From Candidatus Heimdallarchaeota archaeon (GTDB lineage Archaea > Asgardarchaeota > Heimdallarchaeia > JABLTI01): 32,000 nucleotides of DNA. The notes beneath the pieces were generated by a model, which was not told the DNA's origin, searched no databases, and saw only the letters and a list, made by a program, of their open reading frames with translations. The DNA lies in contig JAUWKS010000032.1 of the NCBI GenBank assembly GCA_030614005.1, positions 4,025-36,024 of the forward strand. The letters run 5' to 3'. The translations under genes and the position numbers were made by a program. Below are positions 10,012 through 19,932 of the stretch, piece by piece. Position 1 is the first letter of the stretch, and each line of letters opens with the position of its first letter.

Positions 10012-10548
10012 TCACTCAGATTTGGGTGCTGAACCTTTACCGTAATTCTCCTCCCTTCTTCTAGCCATAATTTCTGATTTATCAATTTCCTCTACTAATT
10101 TACCGTTTTCAATTTTGAGTTCAAGAACAGTTTCATAAGCCATAGGGTTCTGGAATCCCATAAGGGCACCCATAGCTTCTACAAAATCCTTGCCAATAAG
10201 AACTGTTCTTGTGAAAGGCAATTTCAAAAATAATTCTGAATAATAAAATTTGAAGAAATTCCAATTAGATTCTATACCCGGAGGTTTATTGAAATCGGGT
10301 TTGCCTAGTACTTTAGGTTTTTTATCATTGATTTTCTTCTCTTCTTCAAGATTAATAAATAAGGTATCAATTACAAGATGATCATCAATAATATTGTAAA
10401 ATGCTTGATACCCACGCCAACAAGCAGTCATCGAAGAGTAAGGATCTAAATCGTGTTCTTTTGGTGAAAATAATTCACCACCTCTTATTCCACAGATAGC
10501 AAATTTCTCTCCTTTATACAAAAATTTATCAGAAATTTGAATGGTCAT
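10012..10548 (-). CDS. Conserved-looking hypothetical protein
   Basis: 178-aa ORF with TACWRGYQAFY motif. Confidence 0.6.
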   Translation of the reverse strand: MTIQISDKFLYKGEKFAICGIRGGELFSPKEHDLDPYSSMTACWRGYQAFYNIIDDHLVIDTLFINLEEEKKINDKKPKVLGKPDFNKPPGIESNWNFFKFYYSELFLKLPFTRTVLIGKDFVEAMGALMGFQNPMAYETVLELKIENGKLVEEIDKSEIMARRREENYGKGSAPKSE

Positions 10549-10797
10549 TAAAGAATCACAAACTATTTTTCATTTTTTGCTATAAAATCCTTTCTAAAAG
10601 GCCATAACTAAATTAGCGTGCTCTTTTCAAAATGAATGAAATCAGAAAAGGAGCATTTTTTCTAAGAAATTGCTGTTTTAGAGTTTCTCCCTGCCGAAAT
10701 TCTCCAAAATGGCTCCAGTGGTATGCTTTTTCCCTAATATTTATTTAGTGTTAAGCTAAAGAAATAAGAAACTTATAAAGTTAAAAAGGTCTTAAAA

Positions 10798-11055
10798 ATG
10801 CGTCCCCCTGAATGTGTAATTTGTGGCAATGATTTTGAACCAGGAGACAAAGGTGGAGTTTTAAATTTTAAAAAACGCTTCTCAGATTACGTTTGGGAGC
10901 GAAAAATGAAGAGAATAGGTGGGGTAGGACACCCTCCATATGCAGAATGGTTCTGTGAGGAACATTATACTCGAGCAGAAGAGCTCACTAGTATGACGAT
11001 CAATAAAGCAATGGAGATTTTAAGAGAAGAGGAAGAACAAAAGAAATCAAAATAA
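10798..11055 (+). CDS. Small putative metal-binding protein
   Basis: MRPPECVICG...GHPP..EWFC..H. Confidence 0.6.
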   Translation: MRPPECVICGNDFEPGDKGGVLNFKKRFSDYVWERKMKRIGGVGHPPYAEWFCEEHYTRAEELTSMTINKAMEILREEEEQKKSK

Positions 11056-11085
11056 AAAATAAATTGTTTGGTTCCTTTCTCAAAC

Positions 11086-13488
11086 TCATTTCTTTCTTTG
11101 TTTTTGAGCACTGTTCTTAGGTGAAATTCTAAGAACAATCGTATCATCTTTCTTAATTTTGAAGTTGATTCCTGATCTCTGAAGCTTCTCAAGGGTTGTT
11201 TCTTTGACATCAATTTCTGATTTATGATATTTGTAAACAACTTCTATTTTTAGAGCTGTTTTCTTAGGGAGACGAGTTTTCGCTGGAATGAGCACTCTAA
11301 AATTACCGGTTTTCTTCTTACCACGATTTAAGAGAAAAACAAATAGTGATTTCTTTTCTTTATTGAATCGGCAAACTATTTCGATCTCTACATCTGAATT
11401 GAAAGTTTTATGCACATTGTGAAGCGCTAACATATCCTCCAGGAATTCTCTATTTTGTTGTTTAATTTTCTTGGAATCACGATAGAAACTATCGATGACA
11501 TATCTAGCACCAAGTGGGGTACCAAAGACAGTATTTGTTCCTTTCCCTATAGAATTCCTATAAGCAATCACTTTGTTATTAAGCTTCAAAACAGGAACAA
11601 CATCTTCACTCTGCCACATAAACTCTCGAGCGAGATAATCAATGTGTAGCTTTTTACCATATTCGGTGCTAGCAGTTGTGCCCCAGGGCTTCCAATTTCG
11701 AAGAACATTTTCTCTTTCAGTCATTCTCAAATGATAAAGAGCGTTTTGATTGTAATTTTTTAGCAGTCCCTTTTGTAATTGGAATGTTACGTAAGAGCGA
11801 ATTACTCGCATAATAATCGCATGTCTACCGAAGACTTTCTGATTGATTACTACAGCCGGATAGAGTTTCTGGGTATTAAGTGGCCAACCGTGTTCATTCA
11901 TAACAGGATAGTTTGGTCCAGTGACTAAATTTCCACCTGATTTAACATAATCGAGAAGTTTAGTGTAATCTGCTTTTACGATTGCACCTCGGTTGTGAAA
12001 GAAAATTGTCCGTAATTTCTTCATCTGTTTTAGCGAAACCCTTTCAAGAGCAAGTGGTTTTGGATTGTACCCATTAGCAAATAACATTCCCAGAATACCA
12101 TGCTCAGCTTGCATCATGACTTTTTTCATTGGTCGGAGGATCTTGCCGGATGGATCAAGATCACCAGGAATAATGCGGTGATTCATTGCATAAGTAGCAA
12201 AACCAATTTCATCGTAGATCTCTTCAGAAAGCGTTAGCTCTTCCTCGTATTTCTCAACGAATTCAAAGACACTTTGTACTGCATCGAATCTTGAAAGTTT
12301 CTTGCTTTTATGATTTAACATTGAGCGATAGAGATACTTTTCGCCATCAATATCTATACCATCTCGAACAACATACATATTGATACCTTTGGCTCCATGA
12401 GCAATTGAACCTAGCATCAGCTGAACTGTTTCTTCATTTTTAACTCTAACACGGGGATCAAACCAACCACAACCCATTTCGGAAGCAAATAATGCTTGAT
12501 ATTCCGGTCGGAGATAGCCTTTGAAAATAGTTGGAGTAATTGAATTAGCAAAAGGACTGTCTTGCGTTGAACCTGTAAGAGCGCTTTTAGCAGAAATATT
12601 ATAACCGTAGATTTCCACTATTTGGGATTTCTTGTGAGGATTCGAAGGGTTGAAAAAATTACTTTGTTCATTAATGGCAAATAATAATGGGATATCTAAT
12701 TCTAAAACTAAATCGCGTAAAGTTTCGAGATATTCAACGATCCAGTCCTCAAAGAATGATTGCCAAATCATTGATTTAGCGATGTTTAAACCGTCTTTAG
12801 GAGGAGTAACATCCTCAAAACAAAGATAACTTTCGACACAAAAAACGCTTAAGGTTTGAGGGTCACCAAAGAATTCCTCTAGCCAATTATGGAATTGCTC
12901 AATCGTTTCTTCATTGAAATCAATGCGACCAAGATTAGAATTATACATTAAACCCGTTTCGTTATCCAATTGGAAAATGATAATAGGGCTTTCAAAGAAA
13001 TCGCGAAGCTCATTGGCAAGTGTTTCATACCATTTGCGAACTAAAAAGAGGTATTTGGGATGATTAAGACTGATGTTATAATAGTAATTTTCCTTATCCA
13101 TAGATCCATCGACTTTTCGAACAACAACTTCAGGATAGAGTTCGCCAACCCAAAGTGGGATGCCAAATCCCCGATACTCAGAATAAATAAAGGGACCAGG
13201 ACGGAAAATAACAGGAAGCTCAAGTTTTCGGCAGATTTCCAGAAATAAAACAACGTTCCGTCTTGGATGCGTTTTGCCTTCAAAATCAAAGGCATCCTTG
13301 TAAATTTCATGAAAGATCCAAGGAATATATGTAGAAATACAATTTAGTTTGCCTTCTTCCTTCAATAAACGTAAATCGCTCTCCCAATGTTGGGGGTCTA
13401 CTCTAAAATAATGATATTCACCCGATCTGAGGAAGACTTCTTCGCCATTCAATTGGAAACGGCCATCAAAGGAAGTTAATTGAAACAC
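11086..13488 (-). CDS. Beta-galactosidase-like glycoside hydrolase (GH35/GH42-like, clan A)
   Basis: SGEYHYFR, TYIPWIFHE, FRPGPFIYSE, QLDNE (acid/base), ASEMGCGW (nucleophile); no signal peptide. Confidence 0.88.
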   Translation of the reverse strand: MFQLTSFDGRFQLNGEEVFLRSGEYHYFRVDPQHWESDLRLLKEEGKLNCISTYIPWIFHEIYKDAFDFEGKTHPRRNVVLFLEICRKLELPVIFRPGPFIYSEYRGFGIPLWVGELYPEVVVRKVDGSMDKENYYYNISLNHPKYLFLVRKWYETLANELRDFFESPIIIFQLDNETGLMYNSNLGRIDFNEETIEQFHNWLEEFFGDPQTLSVFCVESYLCFEDVTPPKDGLNIAKSMIWQSFFEDWIVEYLETLRDLVLELDIPLLFAINEQSNFFNPSNPHKKSQIVEIYGYNISAKSALTGSTQDSPFANSITPTIFKGYLRPEYQALFASEMGCGWFDPRVRVKNEETVQLMLGSIAHGAKGINMYVVRDGIDIDGEKYLYRSMLNHKSKKLSRFDAVQSVFEFVEKYEEELTLSEEIYDEIGFATYAMNHRIIPGDLDPSGKILRPMKKVMMQAEHGILGMLFANGYNPKPLALERVSLKQMKKLRTIFFHNRGAIVKADYTKLLDYVKSGGNLVTGPNYPVMNEHGWPLNTQKLYPAVVINQKVFGRHAIIMRVIRSYVTFQLQKGLLKNYNQNALYHLRMTERENVLRNWKPWGTTASTEYGKKLHIDYLAREFMWQSEDVVPVLKLNNKVIAYRNSIGKGTNTVFGTPLGARYVIDSFYRDSKKIKQQNREFLEDMLALHNVHKTFNSDVEIEIVCRFNKEKKSLFVFLLNRGKKKTGNFRVLIPAKTRLPKKTALKIEVVYKYHKSEIDVKETTLEKLQRSGINFKIKKDDTIVLRISPKNSAQKQRKK

Positions 13489-13780
13489 TAAATGAATGCC
13501 TCCGGTTAAGCACTAAAGGAAAAAATATTCTCCTATAAGAACTTTAACTCAAGCTGGATATACAAATTAATTGCTCTAAGTAATGACATAAAAGTTTTAT
13601 CATTAAAAATGACTCACAAACAATCGATAAAAAAACACCCAAACTGAATGGGAAAGAAGAAATCGGTAAAAGCAAACGCTCATACTACTCGAGATGAAGA
13701 AGTAGCTGTATTCTATAACAATCTAAATTGAAAAAACTAAATATTGGCAAAGCGCATCATAAATTACTAGGTGATAGTTC

Positions 13781-15103
13781 TTGAAAACGAAAATAAAGAA
13801 GAGCATACTCTTATCGTTGACGCTTATTATTGCTATATTAATCGCTGGACAGTTTTCAAGAGAAACATATTCTTTTTTTGAAAGCTCAGAAGAAACGAAT
13901 AATTTGAGCATTATTTTGATGATCGGTGATGGAATGGGTTTTGAACAGGTGAAACTAGGAAGGTGGGTAGAAAAAGGAATAACAACCAATTTTACAATGG
14001 AAAATCTGCATCTGAAACTAAATGTTTCGACAGTAAATATTGATGGAGATACAACAGATTCAGCAGCTGCTGCAACAGCAATGGCAACAGGAAAAAAAGT
14101 GCAAAACAAAGTTCTTTCAGTGGATGAAAACGGAACGATACTAACAACAATGTTAGAAATCGCTCAAGAAATGGGAAAAGCAACAGGAGTAGTAACAACG
14201 ACGAGCATACAACATGCAACACCTGCAGGGTTTATGACACACGTAACAAGCAGATATCTAACAGCAGAAATTTCAAGGCAAATAATTGAAGAAGCAAATG
14301 TAGATGTATTGTTAGGAGGGGGAGATTCAGATTTCACAGTAGAACAATATCTGATTATGGAGACAAATAACTACACTATTGTAAGGGATAAAGCTGCGCT
14401 GATAGCAGCACCAATAGGAAAACTGATGGGTATTTTTGCTGATGGACACCTCCCATACGAACAAGAACGAGATTTAGCACTAACTCCATCTCTGGCACAA
14501 ATGACCAGAAAAGCAATAGAAATATTAGATCAAAATAGTAAAGGCTTTTTCTTAATGGTGGAAGGAGGAAGGATAGACCACGGAGGACATGCAAATAATC
14601 AAGTGAATGTTGCTCTCGAGACAATTGCTTTTGCAAAAGCAGTAAGGGAAGCAATAGCTTATGTGAAATCAAATGAGAATACAATATTGATAATAACTGC
14701 GGACCATGAAACTGGGGGATTAATGGTACAAAGTGAAAAACTAGACAGCACTCTACCACTATTTGGGTATACCGAGGATCAAAACAGAACAATACAAATT
14801 ACTCGAGCAAATCAGATAACAGTAGAGTGGAGTAGAACAGGACATACGTCAAAACCAGTGCCACTATTTGGATACGGGAACGTATTTACCAGTTTGGAAA
14901 ACAATATTCTCATAGATAATACAGAGATATTTAGAATAATGAACGGTTATTTTAACGGGTCATTGACTCAGATAAATAGTACAACATTTGAAATGAAGAA
15001 TCGCAACATAACATTACTATTACTACTACCAACAATAACAATATTTACTATCAGCTATAGAAAACTAAAAAGAAGAAAAAATCAACAAGTCATTAATAAG
15101 TGA
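13781..15103 (+). CDS. phoA: Alkaline phosphatase, membrane-anchored
   Basis: MIGDGMG, TDSAAAATA (catalytic Ser), HATPA, MVEGGRIDH..H, TADHETGG; N- and C-terminal hydrophobic helices. Confidence 0.92.
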   Translation: MKTKIKKSILLSLTLIIAILIAGQFSRETYSFFESSEETNNLSIILMIGDGMGFEQVKLGRWVEKGITTNFTMENLHLKLNVSTVNIDGDTTDSAAAATAMATGKKVQNKVLSVDENGTILTTMLEIAQEMGKATGVVTTTSIQHATPAGFMTHVTSRYLTAEISRQIIEEANVDVLLGGGDSDFTVEQYLIMETNNYTIVRDKAALIAAPIGKLMGIFADGHLPYEQERDLALTPSLAQMTRKAIEILDQNSKGFFLMVEGGRIDHGGHANNQVNVALETIAFAKAVREAIAYVKSNENTILIITADHETGGLMVQSEKLDSTLPLFGYTEDQNRTIQITRANQITVEWSRTGHTSKPVPLFGYGNVFTSLENNILIDNTEIFRIMNGYFNGSLTQINSTTFEMKNRNITLLLLLPTITIFTISYRKLKRRKNQQVINK

Positions 15104-15401
15104 CCCGCAAATCGCGAGTAGCAGCAACACCACGATGGGTTTCTTTCATTTGTTTTTCAATTAAACTACCATAAGGACCAATAAGAACACTACCAACAAT
15201 AATGTGGGATTTATCATTCTTGGAGAGACCATCTTCGTTAAATAAATACTCAAAAGAGGCAGAGATGCTACCATCATGTAATTCTTTCATCTCCATAATT
15301 GTAAGCTCCTCAATCTCATATTCAGGTTTCAAAGGGTCAGCCCAACCGGTTCTATCACGGATAAACCGAAGGATGATTTTCTTGGCTTCATCGAAGTTAA
15401 T
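15093..15401 (-). CDS. Hypothetical protein (~102 aa), probable ATT start
   Basis: The frame of ORF 15093-15332 stays open upstream (INFDEAKKIILRFIRDRTGWADPLKPEY); ATT at 15401-15399 lies 7 nt after GGAGG. Confidence 0.5.
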   Translation of the reverse strand: MNFDEAKKIILRFIRDRTGWADPLKPEYEIEELTIMEMKELHDGSISASFEYLFNEDGLSKNDKSHIIVGSVLIGPYGSLIEKQMKETHRGVAATRDLRVTY

Positions 15402-15600
15402 AGTGATTCCTCCAATAATTACTATTGGTAATGAACAAATATAATTTTATCTCATAAATTAACTAGTAGATAAATGATTTGAGATAAAAAAAGAACCATT
15501 CATATTGAGGAGAATAATGATTAGCTAGTTTTTTAAGTAAAAGTGCTAGTAGACAGTACAACGGAAACAATAAGGGAAACATTTCTCATTGGGATAAACT

Positions 15601-16251
15601 TTGGCAGAACGTAAAGAAGAAAATTTTTGGGAATCGGCATTAGAATTCTTTCAAAAACAATCATTAACATTCAAAGTAGCAATTATTGTTATTTATACCA
15701 TAATATTTGTTGGGACCGTAGGAGGACTCATCTCATTAATTGTATTTGGAATAGTTGAAGATTATGTGGGACAAATATTAATATTTTTTGTAGTTGTAAT
15801 TGTAATATTATCTGGTATTTCATTTAGTTTCTTTTTCTTTATAGATAAGTTGGACGATAAAGTTCAAAATAGAAGACATAACCGAAAAAGAAGAAAACAA
15901 ATAAGAGAGTTAGGTTTTGACAGATTAGAGGACGGAGAACAGGCATTATCTTCTGAGGAATTAGAAGAAAGATATAACCAAAGGTTAGCAATGAGGCAAA
16001 ATAGTGAAAGAAGAAGACCAGTAATAGCATTACTGAATGAAAGACCATCAAATGAAACTTTGCTGAAAAAAATGACCTTCAAAGGAGATATTGCCGGAGA
16101 AAAATGTTCAATATGCAAATTGGATCTGAGGAAAAAACAGACTATTGTCCAATGCCCGAAATGTCATGCGCTGTTCCATAATGATCATTTGAGTAATTGG
16201 TTTGAAAAAAACAATGATTGCCCAGTATGTGATGAAATATTAGTAAAATAG
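15601..16251 (+). CDS. Membrane-anchored RING-finger protein (putative E3 ubiquitin ligase)
   Basis: Two N-terminal TM helices, charged coil, C-terminal CSIC-x12-CPKC-x4-H-x2-H-x3-W-x6-CPVC. Confidence 0.8.
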   Translation: MAERKEENFWESALEFFQKQSLTFKVAIIVIYTIIFVGTVGGLISLIVFGIVEDYVGQILIFFVVVIVILSGISFSFFFFIDKLDDKVQNRRHNRKRRKQIRELGFDRLEDGEQALSSEELEERYNQRLAMRQNSERRRPVIALLNERPSNETLLKKMTFKGDIAGEKCSICKLDLRKKQTIVQCPKCHALFHNDHLSNWFEKNNDCPVCDEILVK

Positions 16252-16462
16252 GAATTGCTTATTGAGAAGTGGGAAGATAGTAAAAGCAACACTAGGCTTA
16301 CCAGAAAAATTGATAATATTTTATGCAAAAAATAAGCAGTGCTATTGGAAGTACAAGTCTTTATTTGTTGGGAAAAATAATTCTGGAGAGGGAAGAGCTG
16401 AGAAAGAAACAACAAATAGTGCAATTACAAATTCATAGTTATTTCAAGAAAGATTGTTCCTG

Positions 16463-16582
16463 TCATTCTAGACTTTGATGAACAAAATATTGATTGTAGA
16501 GTGAAGCATATTTTCCTTGTAGGTTTTAAAGATCATTATGGGTTCCTTCCTCAATAATATTACCATTATCCATTACAATGAT
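16463..16582 (-). pseudogene. 3' remnant of ABC transporter ATPase (ABCB-like)
   Basis: IIVMDNGNIIEEGTHNDL*NLQGKYASLYNQYFVHQSLE* is the classic ABCB C-terminal motif, with an internal stop. Confidence 0.7.
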
Positions 16583-16630
16583 GGTCAAAACTCACATTTC
16601 TTCTTACAGGGCTAGTAGTCCAGTGTGGGA

Positions 16631-16663
16631 AGGACGCGCTTCCAGCTTAGATGCTTTCAGCTA
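16631..16663 (-). repeat. 33-nt inverted copy of a 23S rRNA segment
   Basis: Reverse complement TAGCTGAAAGCATCTAAGCTGGAAGCGCGTCCT matches 24746-24778 at 31/33. Confidence 0.85.
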
Positions 16664-17752
16664 AGATTCAGATGTTGTATTAGCAGTTTTGCTAGATTCT
16701 AATTGTTTGAAAGATTGATTAATAATTGTTATTTTGTTTGTTCTACCCCATCTATCACGTTTTAGAACTTTTTTTTCCTCTAATTTTGCTAATATTTTTG
16801 AAACTTTTGATTTAGAATAACCTGTCTTATCACAAATCCTTCTTTGAGTTGAAACACCACCATCTAAATTTATAGCTATGATTATTTCTTGCTCACTTTT
16901 ACTGAGAAGTGAGGTAACCAAATCTTTCTCACGGGTTTTCTTACGCACTGAATAAAAGATGATTACTCCAAGTGAACCTGACATTAGTCCAACGAATAGT
17001 GATAAGATGTTTAGGAAAACTTTGTTACTATTTTCACTAGAAAGTATTATTGATCCTGGAATGTATCTAATAAGGAAAAGGTCACTCTGGTTGATATTTC
17101 TATTAGTGTATTCCCAGCTAATCTTAATTATATCATTTTCTTCACTAATTTTTGAAGGTTTAGGAAAAAGAGGTTCAAGACGTTCTATATCTAGAATTTC
17201 TGCGTAAATTGGTAATAATAATTCAAGATTAAATGCAAGTGAATTTCTTGGATGATTGACCCCATAATTAAGCTCAAAATACTCAGGAATCCCCAATACA
17301 CGATAGACAGTATCTTTAATTTTATATGAAACAGAGAAAGCATAAATTTCATCTTGTAATAAAGGGTATCGCAAGGTAACATTAATCAAATTACCTGTAA
17401 CGGGATTAACAAGCCATATGAATTGTAATGAATCAATTAAATCAAAACAAAAAACTGAGTCTATCGTTTTATTAATTATGAAAGTAAAGAAATTTAGTGG
17501 TTGAGTATCATTATTTATCAAAACAAAAGTAGAAGTAATTTCTAGGGTATTCTCTTGATTAATTTTCACTTTCATTTTATGAGTAAATAATGTTTCATTT
17601 ATGATGGAATTGGATTCCAATGGACAAATAAAATCACTAGTAGTAGGAGATTTTGAAATAGGTATCTCACAGTTACTATTTGACGATTTATGAATACTTA
17701 ATGTTAATAATGTTAAGAAAACCAACATTTTGATATAACTGCGAGGATACAT
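16661..17752 (-). CDS. Membrane protein with extracellular domain and C-terminal winged-helix DNA-binding domain (COG2512-like)
   Basis: Signal peptide, TM helix near aa 245-267, then LSKSEQEII...GGVSTQRRI...GYSKSKVSKILAKLEEKKVLKRDRWGRTN. Confidence 0.8.
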   Translation of the reverse strand: MYPRSYIKMLVFLTLLTLSIHKSSNSNCEIPISKSPTTSDFICPLESNSIINETLFTHKMKVKINQENTLEITSTFVLINNDTQPLNFFTFIINKTIDSVFCFDLIDSLQFIWLVNPVTGNLINVTLRYPLLQDEIYAFSVSYKIKDTVYRVLGIPEYFELNYGVNHPRNSLAFNLELLLPIYAEILDIERLEPLFPKPSKISEENDIIKISWEYTNRNINQSDLFLIRYIPGSIILSSENSNKVFLNILSLFVGLMSGSLGVIIFYSVRKKTREKDLVTSLLSKSEQEIIIAINLDGGVSTQRRICDKTGYSKSKVSKILAKLEEKKVLKRDRWGRTNKITIINQSFKQLESSKTANTTSES

Positions 17753-17789
17753 TAAATTACTTCACCAACTATAACTATTTTTTGAAATG

Positions 17790-18815
17790 TTAATTATTTT
17801 TAAGAAGGATGTGATTAAGGTAAATTCTATTATTATGTCCCTTAGAAGACCTATTTCGTTTTCTAGATAGTATACCAAACATTATCAAAGTAATTATTCC
17901 GCTAACTATAGATATAGAATGGAGTGAAAGAGAAAAATTCTCAGGATAAATACCGATTATTGGATCATGAACCATTTTCAAGGAATTACCATAATTTGGA
18001 TAGGTTAAATATAGCGGAATTGTGTCCAAATCTATTGGAAGGTTTACTGGAATATCTTCGAGTATAGAAGCTTTGCTAACTGAAATATTATTAACTAAAT
18101 CAAGTCCATCATAGATACTAGCGAAATTAGCCCATTCAAAAAAGGCTATCTTATTATCATTATATTCTTCACTCTCAATTTGTATTGATTGACTAGCATT
18201 ACCATTTTCATTATATGTTCCATCTCGTATATTCATTCTGTGGTTTTGTTGAGATTCAAAAACATTAGTGAGAAAAGCAAGACCGGAAGCATTTTCAGTG
18301 AATTCCCAGTTATTAATTACAATGTCAAATTTCATTTCAGTCAATGCATCTACTAAATGATCGGTTCCTTGAATCACTTGATTTTCATTATAGATGTTGA
18401 GAATAAATTGTATTTCAGCCCCGTTTGCCAAACCAGTTAGCGTAAATTCTATTGTTAGTGATGCATCATTCATTGTTATTTGATATGACCAATCACTTGA
18501 AGCTAGATCATAAGAAATACCACCGAGTTCAAGTGGACTATCTAGAACAGCATCATCACCAAAAAATTCCTTAATAGAAATAAACTTCACATTATACATT
18601 TCATTACTTGAAGATTGGTTGCCAACCCACCAAATAAAATGTGGACATATTTTAGCTATTTTTATAGTTATATAATCAGTTGTAATAATTATGTCATTAA
18701 TGTTTTCATTAAAATTAATGCCCTCAGGATTCGCATCCACATTTACAGCAATGGATGGAATTAAAATCACAATCATAATTGCTAAACTAATCACCTGATT
18801 TTTACATTTTATCAT
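17790..18815 (-). CDS. Secreted surface protein with C-terminal TM + basic tail
   Basis: Signal peptide, Asn-rich beta domain, HDPIIGI, TM helix, RKRNR. Confidence 0.7.
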   Translation of the reverse strand: MIKCKNQVISLAIMIVILIPSIAVNVDANPEGINFNENINDIIITTDYITIKIAKICPHFIWWVGNQSSSNEMYNVKFISIKEFFGDDAVLDSPLELGGISYDLASSDWSYQITMNDASLTIEFTLTGLANGAEIQFILNIYNENQVIQGTDHLVDALTEMKFDIVINNWEFTENASGLAFLTNVFESQQNHRMNIRDGTYNENGNASQSIQIESEEYNDNKIAFFEWANFASIYDGLDLVNNISVSKASILEDIPVNLPIDLDTIPLYLTYPNYGNSLKMVHDPIIGIYPENFSLSLHSISIVSGIITLIMFGILSRKRNRSSKGHNNRIYLNHILLKNN

Positions 18816-18901
18816 TTCTTAAACCTTACTTTAAATTTATGAAACTTGACCTACTATCAATTCTAATTAATAATATAATACTGATATCTTTAAACATTTA
18901 T

Positions 18902-18917
18902 TAGCAACGGTTGCCTA
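18902..18917. promoter_or_regulatory. Palindromic operator candidate 1
   Basis: TAGCAACGGTTGCCTA, ~87 bp upstream of the 18815 start. Confidence 0.4.
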
Positions 18918-19160
18918 ACTGATTCCATAGTGTTTCGAATAATTAAATAGATTGAATCATTAAAGAAAATTCCAATAAGCACAAAAATTGAAATTATAAG
19001 AAAAACTATCTAAAATTCATGACGTTTTTATTTCATTTTCATCTAAAGACATCTACCTGAATGCAATTATTAGTTCTAAAAGGATGAATGCACGAAAAAA
19101 TTCAATTTAGATCTAATAAAATAGCTTTTGTTTTTTCTTGGAAACCTTTAGGAATCAATT

Positions 19161-19175
19161 AAGCAACCATTGCTT
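19161..19175. promoter_or_regulatory. Palindromic operator candidate 2
   Basis: AAGCAACCATTGCTT, ~95 bp upstream of the 19271 start. Confidence 0.4.
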
Positions 19176-19270
19176 GAAATTGTTTTTAATTTATTCTGCT
19201 CTATATTTATTTAGATAAATAATCGATTAACGATTAAATATCAAAAAATAAAAAAATGAGGTAATGAAAA

Positions 19271-19828
19271 ATGAACAAAAAATTAGTAGCAATAATAATC
19301 CCGATAGGAATTGTTGGTTTAGTAGTAGCGTCTATGTTTGTTGTCCCCATAATTAAATATGGAGGAGCCACTGTACCAGTTGTAGAAGGTACTTTATCTT
19401 TCGATTGTACACAAGAAGAAACTTTGGATCTTTCGACTGAATTTATAACCCCTAATATCGGTAATGTAGATTTAGTCTTAGAAAATAAAAGAATAAGCGC
19501 AATCAATTATGGCTATGATGGTATCAATGGTAGAAATGAAATTGCGGATGATAATCCAAGCACAGATATTTCCCTTGAATTATCCATTGTGTTCGTGATA
19601 ACCAAAGATGGTGAAGTAGTAAAAGAAATTGATATAGGTGTAATGCATGGCGAAGGTACGCACGATGTTACAATCTTGTTTGGTCCTGAAGAAGGATTAG
19701 ATGTAGCTGGAACATATGAACTAACTATAAAAATTTCACTAAAATTACATACCCCTGGTACAGATTTAACTTTAGACATTGAACTCGGACCTTTTACATT
19801 CGACTTTGACCCAGAGCAAGAGAGCTAA
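19271..19828 (+). CDS. N-terminally anchored hypothetical protein
   Basis: N-terminal TM, beta-rich acidic body; followed by a T-tract at ~19836-19863. Confidence 0.65.
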   Translation: MNKKLVAIIIPIGIVGLVVASMFVVPIIKYGGATVPVVEGTLSFDCTQEETLDLSTEFITPNIGNVDLVLENKRISAINYGYDGINGRNEIADDNPSTDISLELSIVFVITKDGEVVKEIDIGVMHGEGTHDVTILFGPEEGLDVAGTYELTIKISLKLHTPGTDLTLDIELGPFTFDFDPEQES

Positions 19829-19932
19829 AAACCAATTTCTCCTTTTTCTTTTTTTTTCTTTTATTGTTTAATAATAGTATATAATTAGAAATATACACCA
19901 AAAGATACATTTTGCAGTTCAAAGGGAATTAA

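Noticed and set aside
16609-16650. tRNA-like 5' half GGGCTAG-TA-GTCC...GGAC
   Set aside because: The D-stem is plausible, but the anticodon stem is 3 nt short and unpaired, there is no T-arm, and GGAC belongs to the inverted 23S fragment.
16575-16672. C/D-box guide sRNA carrying the 23S antisense
   Set aside because: No CUGA D box on the + strand, and 33 nt of complementarity is far longer than typical guides.
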